A stretch of 64,000 nt of DNA from Lingula anatina (lineage: Eukaryota > Animalia > Brachiopoda): NCBI GenBank assembly GCA_051362555.1, contig CM120642.1, positions 22,878,001 to 22,942,000 on the forward strand. The letters run 5' to 3'. The position numbers were made by a program, and so were the translations under genes. The notes below the pieces were generated by a model that worked only from the letters and a program-made list of their open reading frames with translations, did not search any database and was not told the DNA's origin. Below are positions 24,501 through 38,594 of the stretch, piece after piece (within the stretch, counting starts at the first letter, position 1; each line of letters starts with the position of its first letter).

Positions 24501-27500
24501 GTATTATGTTATGAAGTGAAGTGTGATTCATAGACTAAATTATATTGTGTGACTGTGTACACCCTATTGTTGTGCAGTCAAGTATTACATCCAGAACAGG
24601 GGGTATACTGCTCAAACATGGCAAAATGTTGAGATTATCTTGTTACTTTTTGTGTGGTGAGAATTTGCAGTAGTAACCCGATGCATGTGCTATACTCACT
24701 TCTTTTAAGCCTTTATTTGCACATAGGAGCTTAAACTGGCTTGTGTTTGTTTAGACAGGCCTACAGTATATATAGAAATTGATAAACTTTAAACAAAGCT
24801 TGAGTGAATAACTTGCCTTTGGTTCCAATTGATTTTTTATATTGAATTTCAATCACGGGCGTGACTTGAGTCACAAATGCAGGTAACTTCACATGACTAT
24901 ATTGATTGTCTCATCTTAAATTGACTGAAATGATATAGGTATTGAAACACTTCTCCCTGGTCCCATTTTTAAAGATTTTGTCTGGGAAATGACATGTAAA
25001 GTTCAGGGAGGTGTATCATATGGTATAATATGGGAGAGTTGCCATTGCTGTGGTTGCTAGGCTTGTGAAGTGCTGAAATAAGGAGTAACATTCATAGTTA
25101 CTTGATACCCCAAGAACAAACTGTAAATACACTATATATGTAAAGTATGGGGATGTAAGTTTAAAGATCTGTGTATGGAATACATGCATACAGACTGGTA
25201 GCATATCACATGTGAAGGCTGCTTAAATACACTGCGACAATTTCAAATATTGGAAATTAAGCAAAAAGAGTTAACCATTAGGAGAGGGCTATTAGAGGAA
25301 TCTGCTGAACCTGCTTCACTTCATGTAGAATTCAGAAGAGAAGATAAAATGTGAACCATTATCAAAGTGAAATGTTCTTCATCACAAATGAATGCTTCCA
25401 GCTTGATAATATTAATGCGAAAAAGATGGATTTATCTAATTTTCCAAGTATTTGACATAGTTATTAGCTACAGTTAACACGAACTACAGTGTATTCGTGA
25501 ATTATGTCAACCATATGATTACCTGTGGAGCTAGCCTAGCTATTTAGCACAGCTGAGGGTGACATAATGGCATCCATGCTGCAGATTCAAGTTTACAGTC
25601 TACAGGACCTAAAATCTGCCCCACTGTGGAAGACAGGTTTGTTTATATGATGTGATGTTATGAAAAGTTTTATCAGAGATAATTTTACATGCATTGATTG
25701 ATACATCTTGGTTGTATACTTGCACCTGTAACTAAACATTTGTATACTGTTTTTTTTTTTTTTTTTTTTAGGTTAAATGTCTTGGTTTGGTAATATTTGA
25801 AGATGATAAAATTTTAGACTAGTTCCAGTTTAAACGTCAGAGGACAGGGCCGTAGCCTGAGCAAAATGCCAGGGGGGGCAGTAAGCGGACACGAGGGGGC
25901 AAAGCCCCCGAGGGGGTGGGGTGGGTGTGGAAAATTTTTAAAAAACTGTATGTATAATACTGCATTCTAGTGCATTTTAACTGTTATTTATTGCTCAATC
26001 AGAAGTCAAAAATTGTGGGTTCATTTTGCCATTTTGCCATATTTGCGCCTCAAATCCCAGGGGGGGCAGCTGCCCCCCCTGCCCCCCCGGAGGCTACGGC
26101 CCTGGAGGAGATAGAAAATGTTATTCCTGATCTTTATGATAAATGCTGATAAGAACAGTTTGTTAGTTAGGTTGAAAGCACCAAATGAGTTGATTTCCAT
26201 AACTATGAAATACATTTTTATAAATAAAAAAAAAGAAAAAAAAAATTTAAGATTAAAATGAAAAACAAGATGTTTTTGTAACTAGCAGTTCATTGCTGAA
26301 AAAACTGCAGTGACGTCACATATCAGTATGAAGGTACAAATGTTTGGTATCAACACTTTACTTTAGAAAGTTAATTCTGCATTAAGGAATACTAAACCAC
26401 TTACAAATTATGTTAAGGATGTCAGCTTCAACATTTATCAGTTTTACCCAACGTGAGAAAAAATCAGTTGTGATACCTGATTATTTCAGTCATTATGATT
26501 TCAGTTCTGGGTGATCTGTAACAGGCAGGGATATAAGCCACAGGCTCTGTTTTTCATAATATAAGAAATTTAGTCAGAAGTTTGACTTATCTTGAAAAAG
26601 GAAATCGATTTTATTTTATTTTGACAATCATAATGAATCAGTAGTTGTCCTCTTTTTCCAACAGCTTGAATGAAGGTAAGAAAGAGGACAAATTGATTCT
26701 TTATTCATTACTGGACTGGCAATTGTTGAAAGTAAAATACACTGCAAGCAACATCAAAATCTCAACGAAGTGGATGTGGAAAGGAGCAGAGATGATCCAT
26801 AGCTGTTATTGTGATTTTAGTCCACCATGCCTAGCATGAAAAAGATCATGTTTTATTTGCTGTTATTGTGATTTCCCTCCTTCAGTCCCATGGTGAAAAA
26901 ATGAAAGAACTAAGATTGTATTTTTCTGTTATTGATATTTCAGTCAACCAGTCCTATGGAAAGCAGGGTCAGTCTTTACCTCCAGTACCCAGGACATCTC
27001 CAGACATGATGCAGATGACACCCACAGACACTGGCAGTGAGATGTGAGTAGATTATTTGTGGAGGTGCTTTACACTTATATATGTCAGCATTCTGTTGCC
27101 TTCTTCGTGGAATGGTGCAGTTGATTTTGTGGGCTGTCTACTAGTATATGTAATGCAATAATGGAGACTGTAACATGATTACCATTGGTTCTCTAACTCA
27201 AATGTAGAAAGAGAAATGTTCATATGATTTGATGTGGTGATTGGGTATATGTTAAAGAGATAGAGACTTATGAATTTCACCCTTGATGGTAGAAAATTGG
27301 CAGTCTGAATTCAAAAAGAATGGGCTTACATATCCTAATTATGTCAGTGTTTTTTTGAAGGTATACCTTGGTGATAAGGGAAAATTACTGAAAAAGCTTT
27401 TTTGTTACATAAAGATTTAACCCCCATCATTTGAAATTAAAATATTCTTTAAAGTGACTTTTTGATGTTAATGAAATTGCAAAGAGAGGAACAATAAAAT

Positions 27501-30500
27501 GTTAAAAGAACATGATTTCACAGGGCACAAGAGGAAATCCCACCACTGCCACCAGAACCACAAAGAATCTCTCTGGATCTTCCTAGTGCACAGTTTGATG
27601 ACAGAGATCCAGAGGATGAGATTGACACTGACAGGTAGGGCAATTTTATGCTGTTATTTTATTGCTTTTTCTTTAATTATCCAGTCCATCCAAGTCAAAT
27701 AACTAAAAAAAGGTCAAATGTGCTATGCACTTGTGCACTGAGTATGAGAAAATATTATTGAACAAAATAAATTAATAAAAATTATATAAATAAAATAAAA
27801 AATACTCATAGAGAATAATATAAATTGAACTAATAATCAAAATTTTCTGACCTTATCCTGTGTATATCATAAGATTAATTTAATAACACAAAGCTATTCA
27901 TTTTTATTTACTAGTATTTCTAAATAGCTGAGAGTTTTTATAGTTTTTATAATTTCCTCAGTTTTGCTTTATGTATGAATGTACTGAGAGCAATTTGAAA
28001 GTCATTATTGTTCTAACACATGGTCAAGACATCTCCACCACTATGGCAGTTAAAAATTTCTGTATACAGTATTTTTAACATTATGTTTGAACTCCTGTAA
28101 ATTATTGAGTTTGTTTCAGGCTGTTGGGCAGTGAGAATGGTGACAACAATGTAGACGATGACCTTGAGGTGAGAAGCATAGCAAGCAGTGCCTCCTCTTA
28201 TGGAATCATCACAGTGCAGAAAAAGAAAGGATTTGCCTATGTACATGCAAACGTAGATCTGCCTTCAAAAATTCTCTCGCGACCTCTCAATGATTACATG
28301 GACGTTAAGAAAGAACAGGAAAGTGAACAGAATGGTGGTCTTGAACAAAGTAATGAAGATGTTGAAATGTCAAGTCTTTTAGGGGAAGACATTGATGCTG
28401 TGGTTGCTGCTAATGATCTCCAGACTGCCAGTAATTCTGGAGATGGTTTTGGATCTATGCCGTCACAACCAGTCAGACGTGGTGTCACCTTTGCTGAGGA
28501 GAGGAACATCACAGTACCTATAACCCCTCGGAACCCTGATCAAGCCCATAGGCCCAAGAGTGGGAAAATAAACCTGAAGAACATCAAGAGTAGGGTAGAC
28601 ACAGGAATGAAAGTAGACACGGACAAACTAAGACACAGGGTGGTTGAAAACCAAGCTTCAAGTCCTGCCCAGGATAGAGATTTAGAGATAAGTGGCACCA
28701 GTCGACCACCAAGATTGATTCGAGATAATGTCATCTTCAACAGGGGCAAAGTGAGCAGTAAAACTGTGCTGAGGAGGCCTAAATCTGCTGGTAACCAGAG
28801 CAATGGGGAGAAGGGTGCAGATGTACCGACTGCAGAGGTAGATTATGGGGATGAAGAGATAGAGGAGAAAAGTCAACAGGGACCAAATAAAATAACACTA
28901 CTAAGAAAACCTAGAAGGAAAGTTACAGATACTGTCATTTCTCAGATGACACTCTCTGATAGTGAGAATGACCTTGATGATGGTTTGGAAGGTAAAGGTG
29001 AAGGTAAAGTTCAGGGTCATGAGGAAATGCCAAGGTCATGGTCACCAACCAAAGTGGTTTCCAGTAAGGTGAAGAATTATTATGAAATAGGCAGACTTTC
29101 CCAGTCAAAAGACCTGTTTGGGGCACCAACAGAAGATGCTGTTCCAAGATTCAAAATAACAAAAACTCTAGAATTTGATAGATCTGGGCTTATAGAATCA
29201 AAATCTGTACATCTCATTGAAGGTCAGGCACAAAAACCCAAGGACTATGTCCCTCCAGCCCTGGTGGACAATGGGGGGAGAACCTCTAGTTTACTACATA
29301 GACCAAAGACTGCGAATGTGAGTAGACACTTACTGCAAAGACCAAACAGTGCAATAAGGCGTCCAGCCAGTGCTGTATCCAGTGGGAACCAACTTGAAGA
29401 GCCCACACAGGGTGACCCTCTACAAAGACCAGGTTCTCGGATAGGTCACGTCCCTGTGGCACCTGATAATGAAGCAAGTTTGGATAGCCAGGGTAATGCT
29501 CAAGAACAGCTAGCAACCCCACCAAAGAGACTTAGGCCAATCACCGCAAAGAGGAGGGAGTTGTTCTGTGCTAAGGCACAGAAGAACAAAAAAGAAAGTG
29601 GACAGCCTAGTGACAGTGTGAAACCTCTGGGTGTGCAACCTGCCAGAAAGGAGCCAGAGGTAGAGACACTGGTGTCAAGAGTGACATCTGATGCTTCTGC
29701 TGATGTGAATGATACTGACAGCCTTGGTGGAGGTGACACGTTGGACACTGGAGACACAGAGAACAGTGAGCCAGCCCGCAGTGGCAGCAGACTGGACAAC
29801 TTGATATCTAAGGAGCTTGGTAACAGGATTACTTCACTTCTTCATAGCAGCAAATTAGCTGTGTCAAGGTCAAGGTCACCATCTGGGGATGATAATGCCA
29901 TAAAGCCAGCATCTGCAGTGGAAGAAGAAAACCTTGAAACAGATACTGATAATTGTGGGAACCAGGAAGCAACCAGTGCCCATGGAAACCACCATGGGGA
30001 GCTAGAGCAGACAAACAATGCCCCACAGCAAGTATGTTATACTTTTTATGTTCTATCTTCCATATTCATTTATAGGATTTACAAGCTATTGTGTTTGCAT
30101 TCAGTAATACATGTACATGTAGTTTCAATTCCATGAAGTGTGTTTTTAGCCATTAACTCTTATATGATTGCATGAGACCAAACTCTGGCCATGAAGAAAA
30201 TTTCATTTTTTAATAAACTGTATTCCTATGTAAGCCTACTCCTTGTTTAAACATACCCCCCTCCCCACTCCCAAAAGGAAAAAAAATGTTTTCTGTGCAC
30301 TAAGTTTGGTCATAACAAGTTATTCACTATCTAAACAATGATAAATATCATATTTAGGATCAGTTTGGCAGCGTAGACAGGAGACATTCAAAGAGTAGTA
30401 AACCCCCTGTAAACAGACCAACCACAGCAAGACATGGAACACATTGCAAAGACAGGTAGGTTTTACAGTAAACTTATATAATAGGCCTGTCAGGACCAGC

Positions 30501-30757
30501 TGGTGTACTTTGTAATTTTTTCATCTTATTTTATGCTTTGGGTTTAGATTTTTTAAAATTATTTTTATACATGCCTTTGGATGTAGAAATTTAAGTTAAA
30601 TTGAAGATTTATTGTTGCAACTAAATTGTTTCTTTATCCTGTTCTCAGAGAGTCCAAGCCCAGGCCCTTCTCTGCTGCCACTGAAACTCACAGGCCCCAC
30701 CACAGTAAGATATTACCTTTTTATTTTACCTGAAATAGCCTTGGATAGTTTCATACA

Positions 30758-30800
<43 letters not shown>

Positions 30801-32772
30801 TCTTACTGCATAACATTTTTACTGAACTTAGGATTATTACAATAGAGATAGTAAAGAAAGTAATTGGTGAGTTATAGTTATTCCTTCACTTGATAAGAGA
30901 AAGAAGTTAGTTTTCACCTTTTTCAACACAAAGTTTGTGAATAATTCAGATATACTAGGCAATGGTATTTTTTTTATTAAAGTTGGTGCCCTTATGGCAA
31001 TCTATTAAAAAAGACGTATTTTCCATATTTAATTTCAGAAACTCATCTCCGTGCACGCAGCCACTCAGCAGGCCATACACGCAAGAAACATGAAGAGAAA
31101 CCTGCAAAAGTCATTGAGATATCAACACGGAGAGACATTGTGGTATAGAGCTACTCTTCCTCCCTCCCTATCTTTATCTTTTTGCACATATCTGCGAATG
31201 CTTGGTTCATGTGGTGGTATAGAGCTCCCCTTCCTCCCTCTCTCTCTCTTTTTATCTTTGAGCACATATATGTGCATGTTTGGTTCATGTGTTTGAACAC
31301 ACACAAACACACACACAAATTCAGAAATTTTTCAGCAAAAAATAAGTCTGTTTAGTTTAATTAGCAACATGAAAGACTGAAATTTCTTGTGATTTATTCT
31401 CTGCAGGAGGTGGAAACAGAAAAGACTAGAGAAGTGCGTGCAATGTCTGCCAAGCTGAGAGAGAAGGGGGTCAATATTTCTGAGGACACACTGAAAAGGT
31501 ATAATAACTGTCATGATGTTTAGGCTTTAAAAGCAAAATATTTATAAATTCAAACACGGCAGTATTATTATAGTCTCAGTTTTCCTCAATTTTTGGTAAA
31601 GTGGAAATCTTATACCTTGATAATAATTGTTACAATCTTGTTTTATCAAAATGTTCCTTTGAATAGTATTCTATAAATGCATCTTATCCTTAATATGCAA
31701 TACAGATGCTTTACATTCCTACTAATAAGTATATATTTTTACAGTTCCAGAGATTGCTGTAGATGTGAATATTCATACAATAATATGATTATTGGTTGTT
31801 TAGTTGTTTTTCCATTTTTTATTTCAGAGCTCTTTTACCTCCATGTGAAGAGTCTCTTTACATTGGAACCAAGGTCCATCTGCCTAAATCTTGCTCATTG
31901 GGGTAAGATTTTTAAACAAATTTTCCAGTCAACTAATGATTAAATATAGAGTCAGAAATAAAAAGCATTTAAAAAAAAATTTTGACAGCTTTTAATGAAT
32001 CCCTAACTTCCTTATTTTCATTTGTTGTCCCAGGTCATATACTACTGATACATGTTCCAGGTAAAAGTAGTTGCATGTTTACTGTTAACATGCCAGACAT
32101 AATGACCTTTAGTTAAAGTCTAATATAAACTATATATCATCTGAGATTCATTTAATTTCTCTTGGCTCCCTTGCCTGGTATTTGCTTGATAGAAATGAAA
32201 AAACTCTGTATTTTGGCTTTTAGTTTGTTGAACAGTCCATCAGTCTGGTTGTCCAAAGAATTTAAAAGACTAAAACTGGCAGAAAAAGCAGTTGGTAAGT
32301 TTGGTGCAATTTTAAGGGTAAAAAAGTTATAGAATTTGTTCTTGTTAAACGTAATCATGATGACAGATGATGATAATATAGTGTCTGAATTCTTAACATT
32401 ACATTAATTACATAAACATAAATAGGGTTTTTAATTTTTTTCTCTTGAAAAAAATGATATTTTTCCTTTTCTCTTTTTTTCCCCATTTATCTATTTATTC
32501 ATTATTTATTTTTGTAATGTAATCCTGTTTACCACATCTCTATTTCATATGTCGTAATTCACTAACTGTGGAAGAAAGGTAATTACTTTTAAACCACCTT
32601 GTTTTCAGAGAGGGCAAATGAGCGCATTTGGGAACAGAAACAAGAAGAAAAGAAGGCTGCCAGGAAAGCCCTGCTTGCAGAAACAGGTGGTCATCTTAAT
32701 GACGCAACAAAGAAAAAGAGAAAGAAGTCTGGGAAGAAGGCACCTCACAAACGCAGTAGTACCATGTCATAG
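21540..32772 (+). CDS. Uncharacterised ~1,100-aa, mostly low-complexity protein. Approximate exons 21540-21590, 21999-22198, 22450-22625, 22923-23058, 25547-25636, 26944-27043, 27524-27633, 28120-30030, 30358-30454, 30650-30704, 31039-31142, 31407-31498, 31828-31902, 32224-32294, 32609-32772
   Basis: 1.9-kb open exon plus GT-AG exons that join in frame where checked. Repeated RP(K/A)(S/T)A motifs. C-terminal helical block KLREKGVNISEDTLKRALLPP and basic tail. Confidence 0.8.
23172..23426. mobile_element. Fold-back (long inverted repeat) element in an intron
   Basis: Arms GGATCAATCTATCTCCGAGGGG...TACTGAAGTTGCTA and TAACAGCTTCAGTA...CCCCTCGGAGATGGATCAATCC, complementary over ~85 bp around a short loop. 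Confidence 0.85.
25845..26104. mobile_element. MITE with perfect 14-bp TIRs and a 5-bp target-site duplication
   Basis: GAGGA|CAGGGCCGTAGCCT ... AGGCTACGGCCCTG|GAGGA. Confidence 0.9.
26802..26960 (+). repeat. Three diverged tandem copies of a splice-acceptor region
   Basis: CTGTTATTGTGATTTTAG|TCCACCA; CTGTTATTGTGATTT..TTCAG|TCCCA; CTGTTATTGATATTTCAG|TCAACCA (only the last gives the open frame used in the gene model). Confidence 0.7.
30761..30799. repeat. (CA)n microsatellite
   Basis: Direct reading. Confidence 0.95.
31140..31291 (+). repeat. 74-bp tandem duplication starting at a splice donor
   Basis: GTG|GTATAGAGCT...GCACATAT.TG...ATG.TTGGTTCATGTG occurs twice (donor GT at 31143 and 31217). 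Confidence 0.8.
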
Positions 32773-34389
32773 TAACACAGGGAGAAATCTGTACCAGCTG
32801 GCTAGTACTAATGTATTGTCGTGCTAGGCCTGATCATTACAAGTGTAATATGCTGGGTCCACCGTCCTAGTGTCATTAGTTAATTTTGAATTTATATTTT
32901 TGTTAATATGCAATACTTTGAGGGTAAATTTCCTCTCTTCATAGGGTTTCCTTTTTCTTGTGTAAAAGACAGTAAAGAAAAGTTTGCTCATTGAAATGGT
33001 ATGAAATGTTCAGAAATAGGAAATTAATAAATAGGAAAGGAAAAGTTTTCCTCCTCTTTTTCAAGCATTTTCTGTTCAAATGCCCGATTTGTCATTCCAA
33101 GATATTTAATCAAAATGGATTGCATAAATGGTAATATTATATATTCCCTTGTATTTTTAACTTCTGTGCTTTAAGTTAGAGCTTTTATATCCAGAAATAT
33201 TCTTAATCAACTACTGATAAGTTTGGGAATGTTGCAGCAACAATACTGGAACAGGGCACAAACAACAATGTTAATGCTCAAACTATTTTTCTGAGAAAGT
33301 AACAATGAGATAAAATAACTTATCATACAGGGTAGAACAGAAGTTTATTTGAACTGATCTCTGATAAATTACTTAGGATGCAGATTTTGTGTTTTATATT
33401 CCAACATAGGTAAGCATTTCTTGTGTGACTTGCTATTGCAAACATTTTTATTAAGATATAGATACGTGTACATTTATAAAATGAAAATTTAGTTATTGAG
33501 ATAAAGTTTTCCAACCTAAGTTTTTTTTAATTACAGCATACTTTCAAATGAATATTTATAATTTTGGACCATTTGATGAGAGATGTGAATGCTGTTACAT
33601 ATTAAATGCAAATATTTTTTAAAAAATTTATATGTGTTTAAAGCAAATTGATTATTAATTTGTAGATTTTTTATAGTTTCTTTATTTTTAAGTTGTAACT
33701 TCCTGTTATCAGACAATCAAAGTTGCTCAATTTTGCTTGGGTGCATAAGTATTTTGTATACTAGAATAAATAAAAAAATATATTTAATTTCCCAAACTCC
33801 CATATGTTCAATTTATCACATATTATGTATCTTTGTTAAACAGGAATATAGACTTGTATGCATTTCAAGATGAAAAGTGTATCATCTGTTTATTATGCCA
33901 ACTTCTTCCTAACTGAAGAACAAGGAACTAAAAGGTAATTTTTTATTCTAGGAATTATTCCAGTTACATTTTTGAAAATTATGGAATTTTAAAATCAAAT
34001 CACTTATGTGACCAAAATGTAAAGTGTTGGCCAAAAATTTGAAATAAGTTTTAAAAATTAATACATCACTTTGCAAAGGTACCCTTTCATGCTGCACTGT
34101 ACATGTTTCAAGTTTTTTTTTTCATTGATATGTTATAACAAGGCAGCAAAGCTGTCCAATGTACAGACAAAAAGAAAATACTGATGCACAAAATAGGCTA
34201 CTGTCAATTCTGATGCAATAATACATTTTGCTTAACAGCAAATCAACACCAAATTTTAATTATGCACAACAGGTTACGTATATGGATGTATGTAAAATGT
34301 GTAACAAGCATAAGGCTTCAGGCCCAAGAAAGTTCAAGTTCATACTTTGAAAATGCCAAAATGAGAAAAAAATGAAAATTCACACAAAA

Positions 34390-34820
34390 ACTGCATAAAT
34401 TCAAGAAAAATGATAATCGAATCAAGTTGGTTTATCAATTTGAGCTGTATCATACTTGCCTCTGAACTAAACTGATCAAGATAATTTTTAACTTGATCTG
34501 TGTATTAGTCCTATGAATCAGTCCTGCAAAATTTTGAGCAAAATATGACACAGTTTTTGTCTTATCTGTATAATGGTGGATAAAATATGCTTTAAAAAAT
34601 GAAAAATCAGCATAACTTTTGAAAAAAATGGCCCAATCAAGCTGATTTTTGAGCTTGACCTGTATTTCAGTAAGATTGATCACACCTGTGAGTTTATCGA
34701 TTTTACTTGAAATGTGTTATCAGTATTGCATATATGCTTTAAAAAAAAACAGCATAAATTTTCTTAAAAATGGCATAATCATGCTGATTTTCAAACTCAA
34801 CCTGTATTTAATGAATATTC
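34390..34820. repeat. Degenerate tandem array, probably internal repeats of a Helitron-like element
   Basis: Recurring GCATAA.TTTT..AAAAATGG...ATCA.GCTGATTTT..A.CT..ACCTGTATT near 34393, 34610 and 34752. Confidence 0.5.
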
Positions 34821-35450
34821 GCCAATTCAGTAAGTTTGAAGACTCGCTGAAAAATATACACATGCACTGCGAACCCGGCAGAGGGTAGTCTGGTTAGTAT
34901 TCTCGCTGATTTTGTGTCTTTAAAGTTACGTATACAACTGTGTGATACGAGATTTTCTCGATGTATAGATCCGCTTGAAGAAAAATGAAATAAATGAAAT
35001 TCAAAAAAAGAAACATTCGCGAATTCTACCTTTTCTAAATTTCTGGTAACAGCTTTTGTGTAATCATGCAAACATTTTCCTATTACTTCCCTCTTCATGC
35101 CTTGCTAGTATGCACATTTTTCGTATCCAATAACGAAGGTTTGAGTAACGAAAACAACATCCCTTTTGGATAATAGTTGCGACTTATTCATACTAAGGGG
35201 TATTACAGGATACGTGTTTATCTTACTATGAGCTTCAAGTTTATTTTTCACAATGCCTGGTTAGTTATGTTTTGCAAATTACCTTCTAAGAGAAAGCAGT
35301 TTTACAGTGTTTCGTGACTGTTCCCTGTTAGCGCCTTATTTTAGTAAAAATAAACTACATCGATTGGAGAATATGATCAAGGGTGCTGGAAACGACAATG
35401 ATGTGTATGTTTTTTTTTTCTTTTTTGTGTGTCAGAATAGATAATTGTAG

Positions 35451-35769
35451 CAGGGTGGATCCAGGATTATTTGTAGGGGAGGTCCGGTTTTTTAGGAATG
35501 ACAGGCCTAGGATGCGAAGCCGACCCTCGCCCTCTCTCCCCCCCCCCCCCCCCCCCCCCTTGACGTGGGGTTCGGGGCCCGCTGAACGGCCTCGAAAAAT
35601 TTTAGGTATTTTAGAGGGCGCTAACGGTGCCAATTGGTACGGTTTAGAACTATGATTAAGCTAGTCAAAATTCTAATATCAAGAGGTGAGATATGATTTT
35701 TTTCATAAACCGAAGGGGGGAGGGGGGCAGGACCCCCCTGACACCCACCTCCCCCTTGACCCGCCACTG
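35451..35769. mobile_element. Degenerate GC-rich MITE of the CAG(G/T)GGCGGATCC type
   Basis: CAGGGTGGATCCAGG ... CTTGACCCGCCACTG imperfect TIRs, with internal poly-C/G tracts like the element at 25845. Confidence 0.65.
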
Positions 35770-36079
35770 CTTAGGCTACAGTGTTATGCCTGTGCTGCAG
35801 TCTCGGCCTCATTGTGACGGCTAGCACAAAATTAATGCGTTGTACTGGTTGTGCTTATGCACGGCAGAAAAGGTCTCAAAAAGTGTTAACTTTCGGTAAG
35901 TTTGCACTCCTACATAAAAAATAAATAAATAAATAAATAAAAATAAAAAACAGCCCATCCATTCCTGTGTTGACGTGAAAAAAGTGGGCAGGCTTTTAAA
36001 ACGCTTTTCCTTTATAGCCTACCCCGCGCTCCGACTACCTCCCCCAATATAATTTGAATCAAGCCATTGATGTATTGAT

Positions 36080-36252
36080 TTTGTCTATTGAAACAAATAC
36101 TGGTCTTCAAAATGGAAGATGGACCACCTTGTATGAATAAAATTAACAAACCTAGACGGGACTAGTCTCTATAGAAGACAGTACAAAAATTGCCCCGTTC
36201 ATGAGAAGACGCGTTACTGTCTACCATTAAAAGACCAGTTCAATAGAAAAAG
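36080..36252. mobile_element. Small inverted-repeat element
   Basis: TCTATTGAA...ACTGGTCTTCAAAATGGAAGA versus TCTACCATTAAAAGACCAGT-TCAATAGA. Confidence 0.5.
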
Positions 36253-38516
36253 GAACGACTTTTTATATCAACCTTGTATCAATATCTAATTCTCCATCGA
36301 GTAACTTCTGAATCATTCTTACGTATATAGAGATCAAAATAGAGTAAAATAAATGAAACGAGAGAGAGAGATAGAGCGAGAGAGGTTGAACAATAAGAAT
36401 GGAACTAAATGGCATTTCGGTTCTGAGTTTACTTGTGAATGACCCTTAAATCGGGGCTTAAGTAAGCTCAGTATCTGTGGGTATTTTTAAGGGCAAATTT
36501 GGGACAAAGGAAGCCAAGATATGAAGTTGAATCGTACGCAATTTTTTGAGTGCGCTTCTTTCGTTTACGTATTAAAAAAGAGGAATGTGAAGACTCGCCT
36601 GTTGCCCCCGGTTCCTCTCTCGACCTGAGCTCTAAACCACGGAAGGTTTTTACCTATAAGCTGGGTTATAGAAACAAGTTAAAGATGTTTCTCTATGATA
36701 GATTAGTTGAAAACATTACCGAGAAAAAAAAAGCTTCATTTTTAGTCTCACTTGCGGTATGAAACATAATATACTGCACGTAGAATATAAATGGCAAAAA
36801 GCATGCCAGAAAATATATTACATCATAATACATGTATGCACCTTTAGACAAAAACTGAATTAATTTTGTTTTAACTTAAAAAATAAAATAAAATAATTAG
36901 ATAAATAAGTATGTTTTCAAGTAAATATTCGATCAAATATTAATTTTTATACGGTGTAGCATCCATTTTATATATAATGAAAAGATCATTTTTTACCAAT
37001 AAAATAATGAACTAAAAACTTCAATAAATTAGACCAAGAATTTCAAGTCTTTGATTAAACCAGCCCGACTTATTCCACTATTAGTTTATTTTAATATTAA
37101 AATTTTCACACGTTATTGAAATCTGAAGTTTTTATACTTATGAAGTACTAGCAATACATCGCAGAATAAAGCTCGAAAGATTGTTAATGCATTAAATAAA
37201 ATTGTTTTCAATTTTAATTTGGCAGTTTTAACTGTGTAGTTTATTTAAAAATAACTGTTTTCACGCACGCTCATGTCAATATACAGCGACGGGCTACTTA
37301 TTGCCCAGGCCATTTATAAGGAACGAACAAAACCGGCACTTTTTTCTTTACCTGGCCACTAACATCATTATCTCGGCATTTTTTCTCTCCATAGCTCACG
37401 AAAAAAAAATGATATGGTTTTACTTTTTATACCATTCGTTTTTTAATGATACAAAAATATTCGTTGAGTCTAAAAGAACATGGATATGATAAAAGTAATA
37501 TGTTCAGTTCATATATATACGAAGTTCCGATTTCGTACGAGAACCAAGGAAAGGATTATACAAACATCGACAACAACGCTTATTCATGTATAGTCATTTT
37601 ATATCATACCCAGAAAATAATTTTAAAAAAATTGACTAAAATTTTTAGTAAAATTAAAAACGCCTGCGAAAGAACCCGGGACTCTTTCACGTTGTTAAAT
37701 TCCATCTAGTCTCTCGGTTGAAATAAAGAACCCGCCGTTTTTTAACGCGCTGCAAAAAAGAAAATAAAATGTCCCCTACCTCCAGAATTTTACGCCATGT
37801 ATTGTTATAGACAGGTATGAATCAAATTCAAACGGGCTAATTCAATTTTGATGGAAGCTGTCAAGCGCACACGACTTTAATAAACAAACGTCAAACACAA
37901 TTACTACACTCTTCTCTCCGAACATGTAAAACTCCAATATTCACATCCTTTGATTGACAAGATGCCAATCAAATTCATAAGTTTTGATAGTTGCTGTCAA
38001 AAATAACAGCTTGATTGGCAGGTTATATAAACAAACGTCAATCATCGCGCACTGTGACTTCTGTCGCTGTGAAACAATGGGTACGCCGAAAGAGAGCGCT
38101 AAAATCTAAAGATAGGATAGTAGTTAACTCGCAAATTATTTTAAGAGAATATATCCAACCTGTTTCCAAAACTAGTTCTCTTTCTGAACCCTTCAGCGTG
38201 TCTAATACGCCACTCTAGATTACAAACTATTTTGCAAAAAAAGAAAAGTAGCAAAAGAAACCAATTTAAAAACAGATTCAAGTAAAGAAATATAACATTT
38301 GACGTTATTCTGGAGGTAGCGCATGGGTCATTTCAAAATTAGTTCAACTATGTACCCCAGTATGTGAGTGGAAGAAGGAAGAATGATTGTTTTTGCATTA
38401 TGTGTGGAATATTGACAGATTTTTTTTACTGTCAAAGTCTACTTGCTGCAAAATAATATATAATAATATACTGATGCATCAATCAATGCACTATGCGACT
38501 AAATGTGTCCAGTAAT

Positions 38517-38518
<2 letters not shown>

Positions 38519-38591
<73 letters not shown>
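38519..38591. repeat. (TA)n microsatellite
   Basis: Direct reading. Confidence 0.95.

Positions 38592-38594
<3 letters not shown>

Noticed and set aside
28294-30026. Several minus-strand ORFs over the large exon
   Set aside because: Antisense shadows of the plus-strand coding exon
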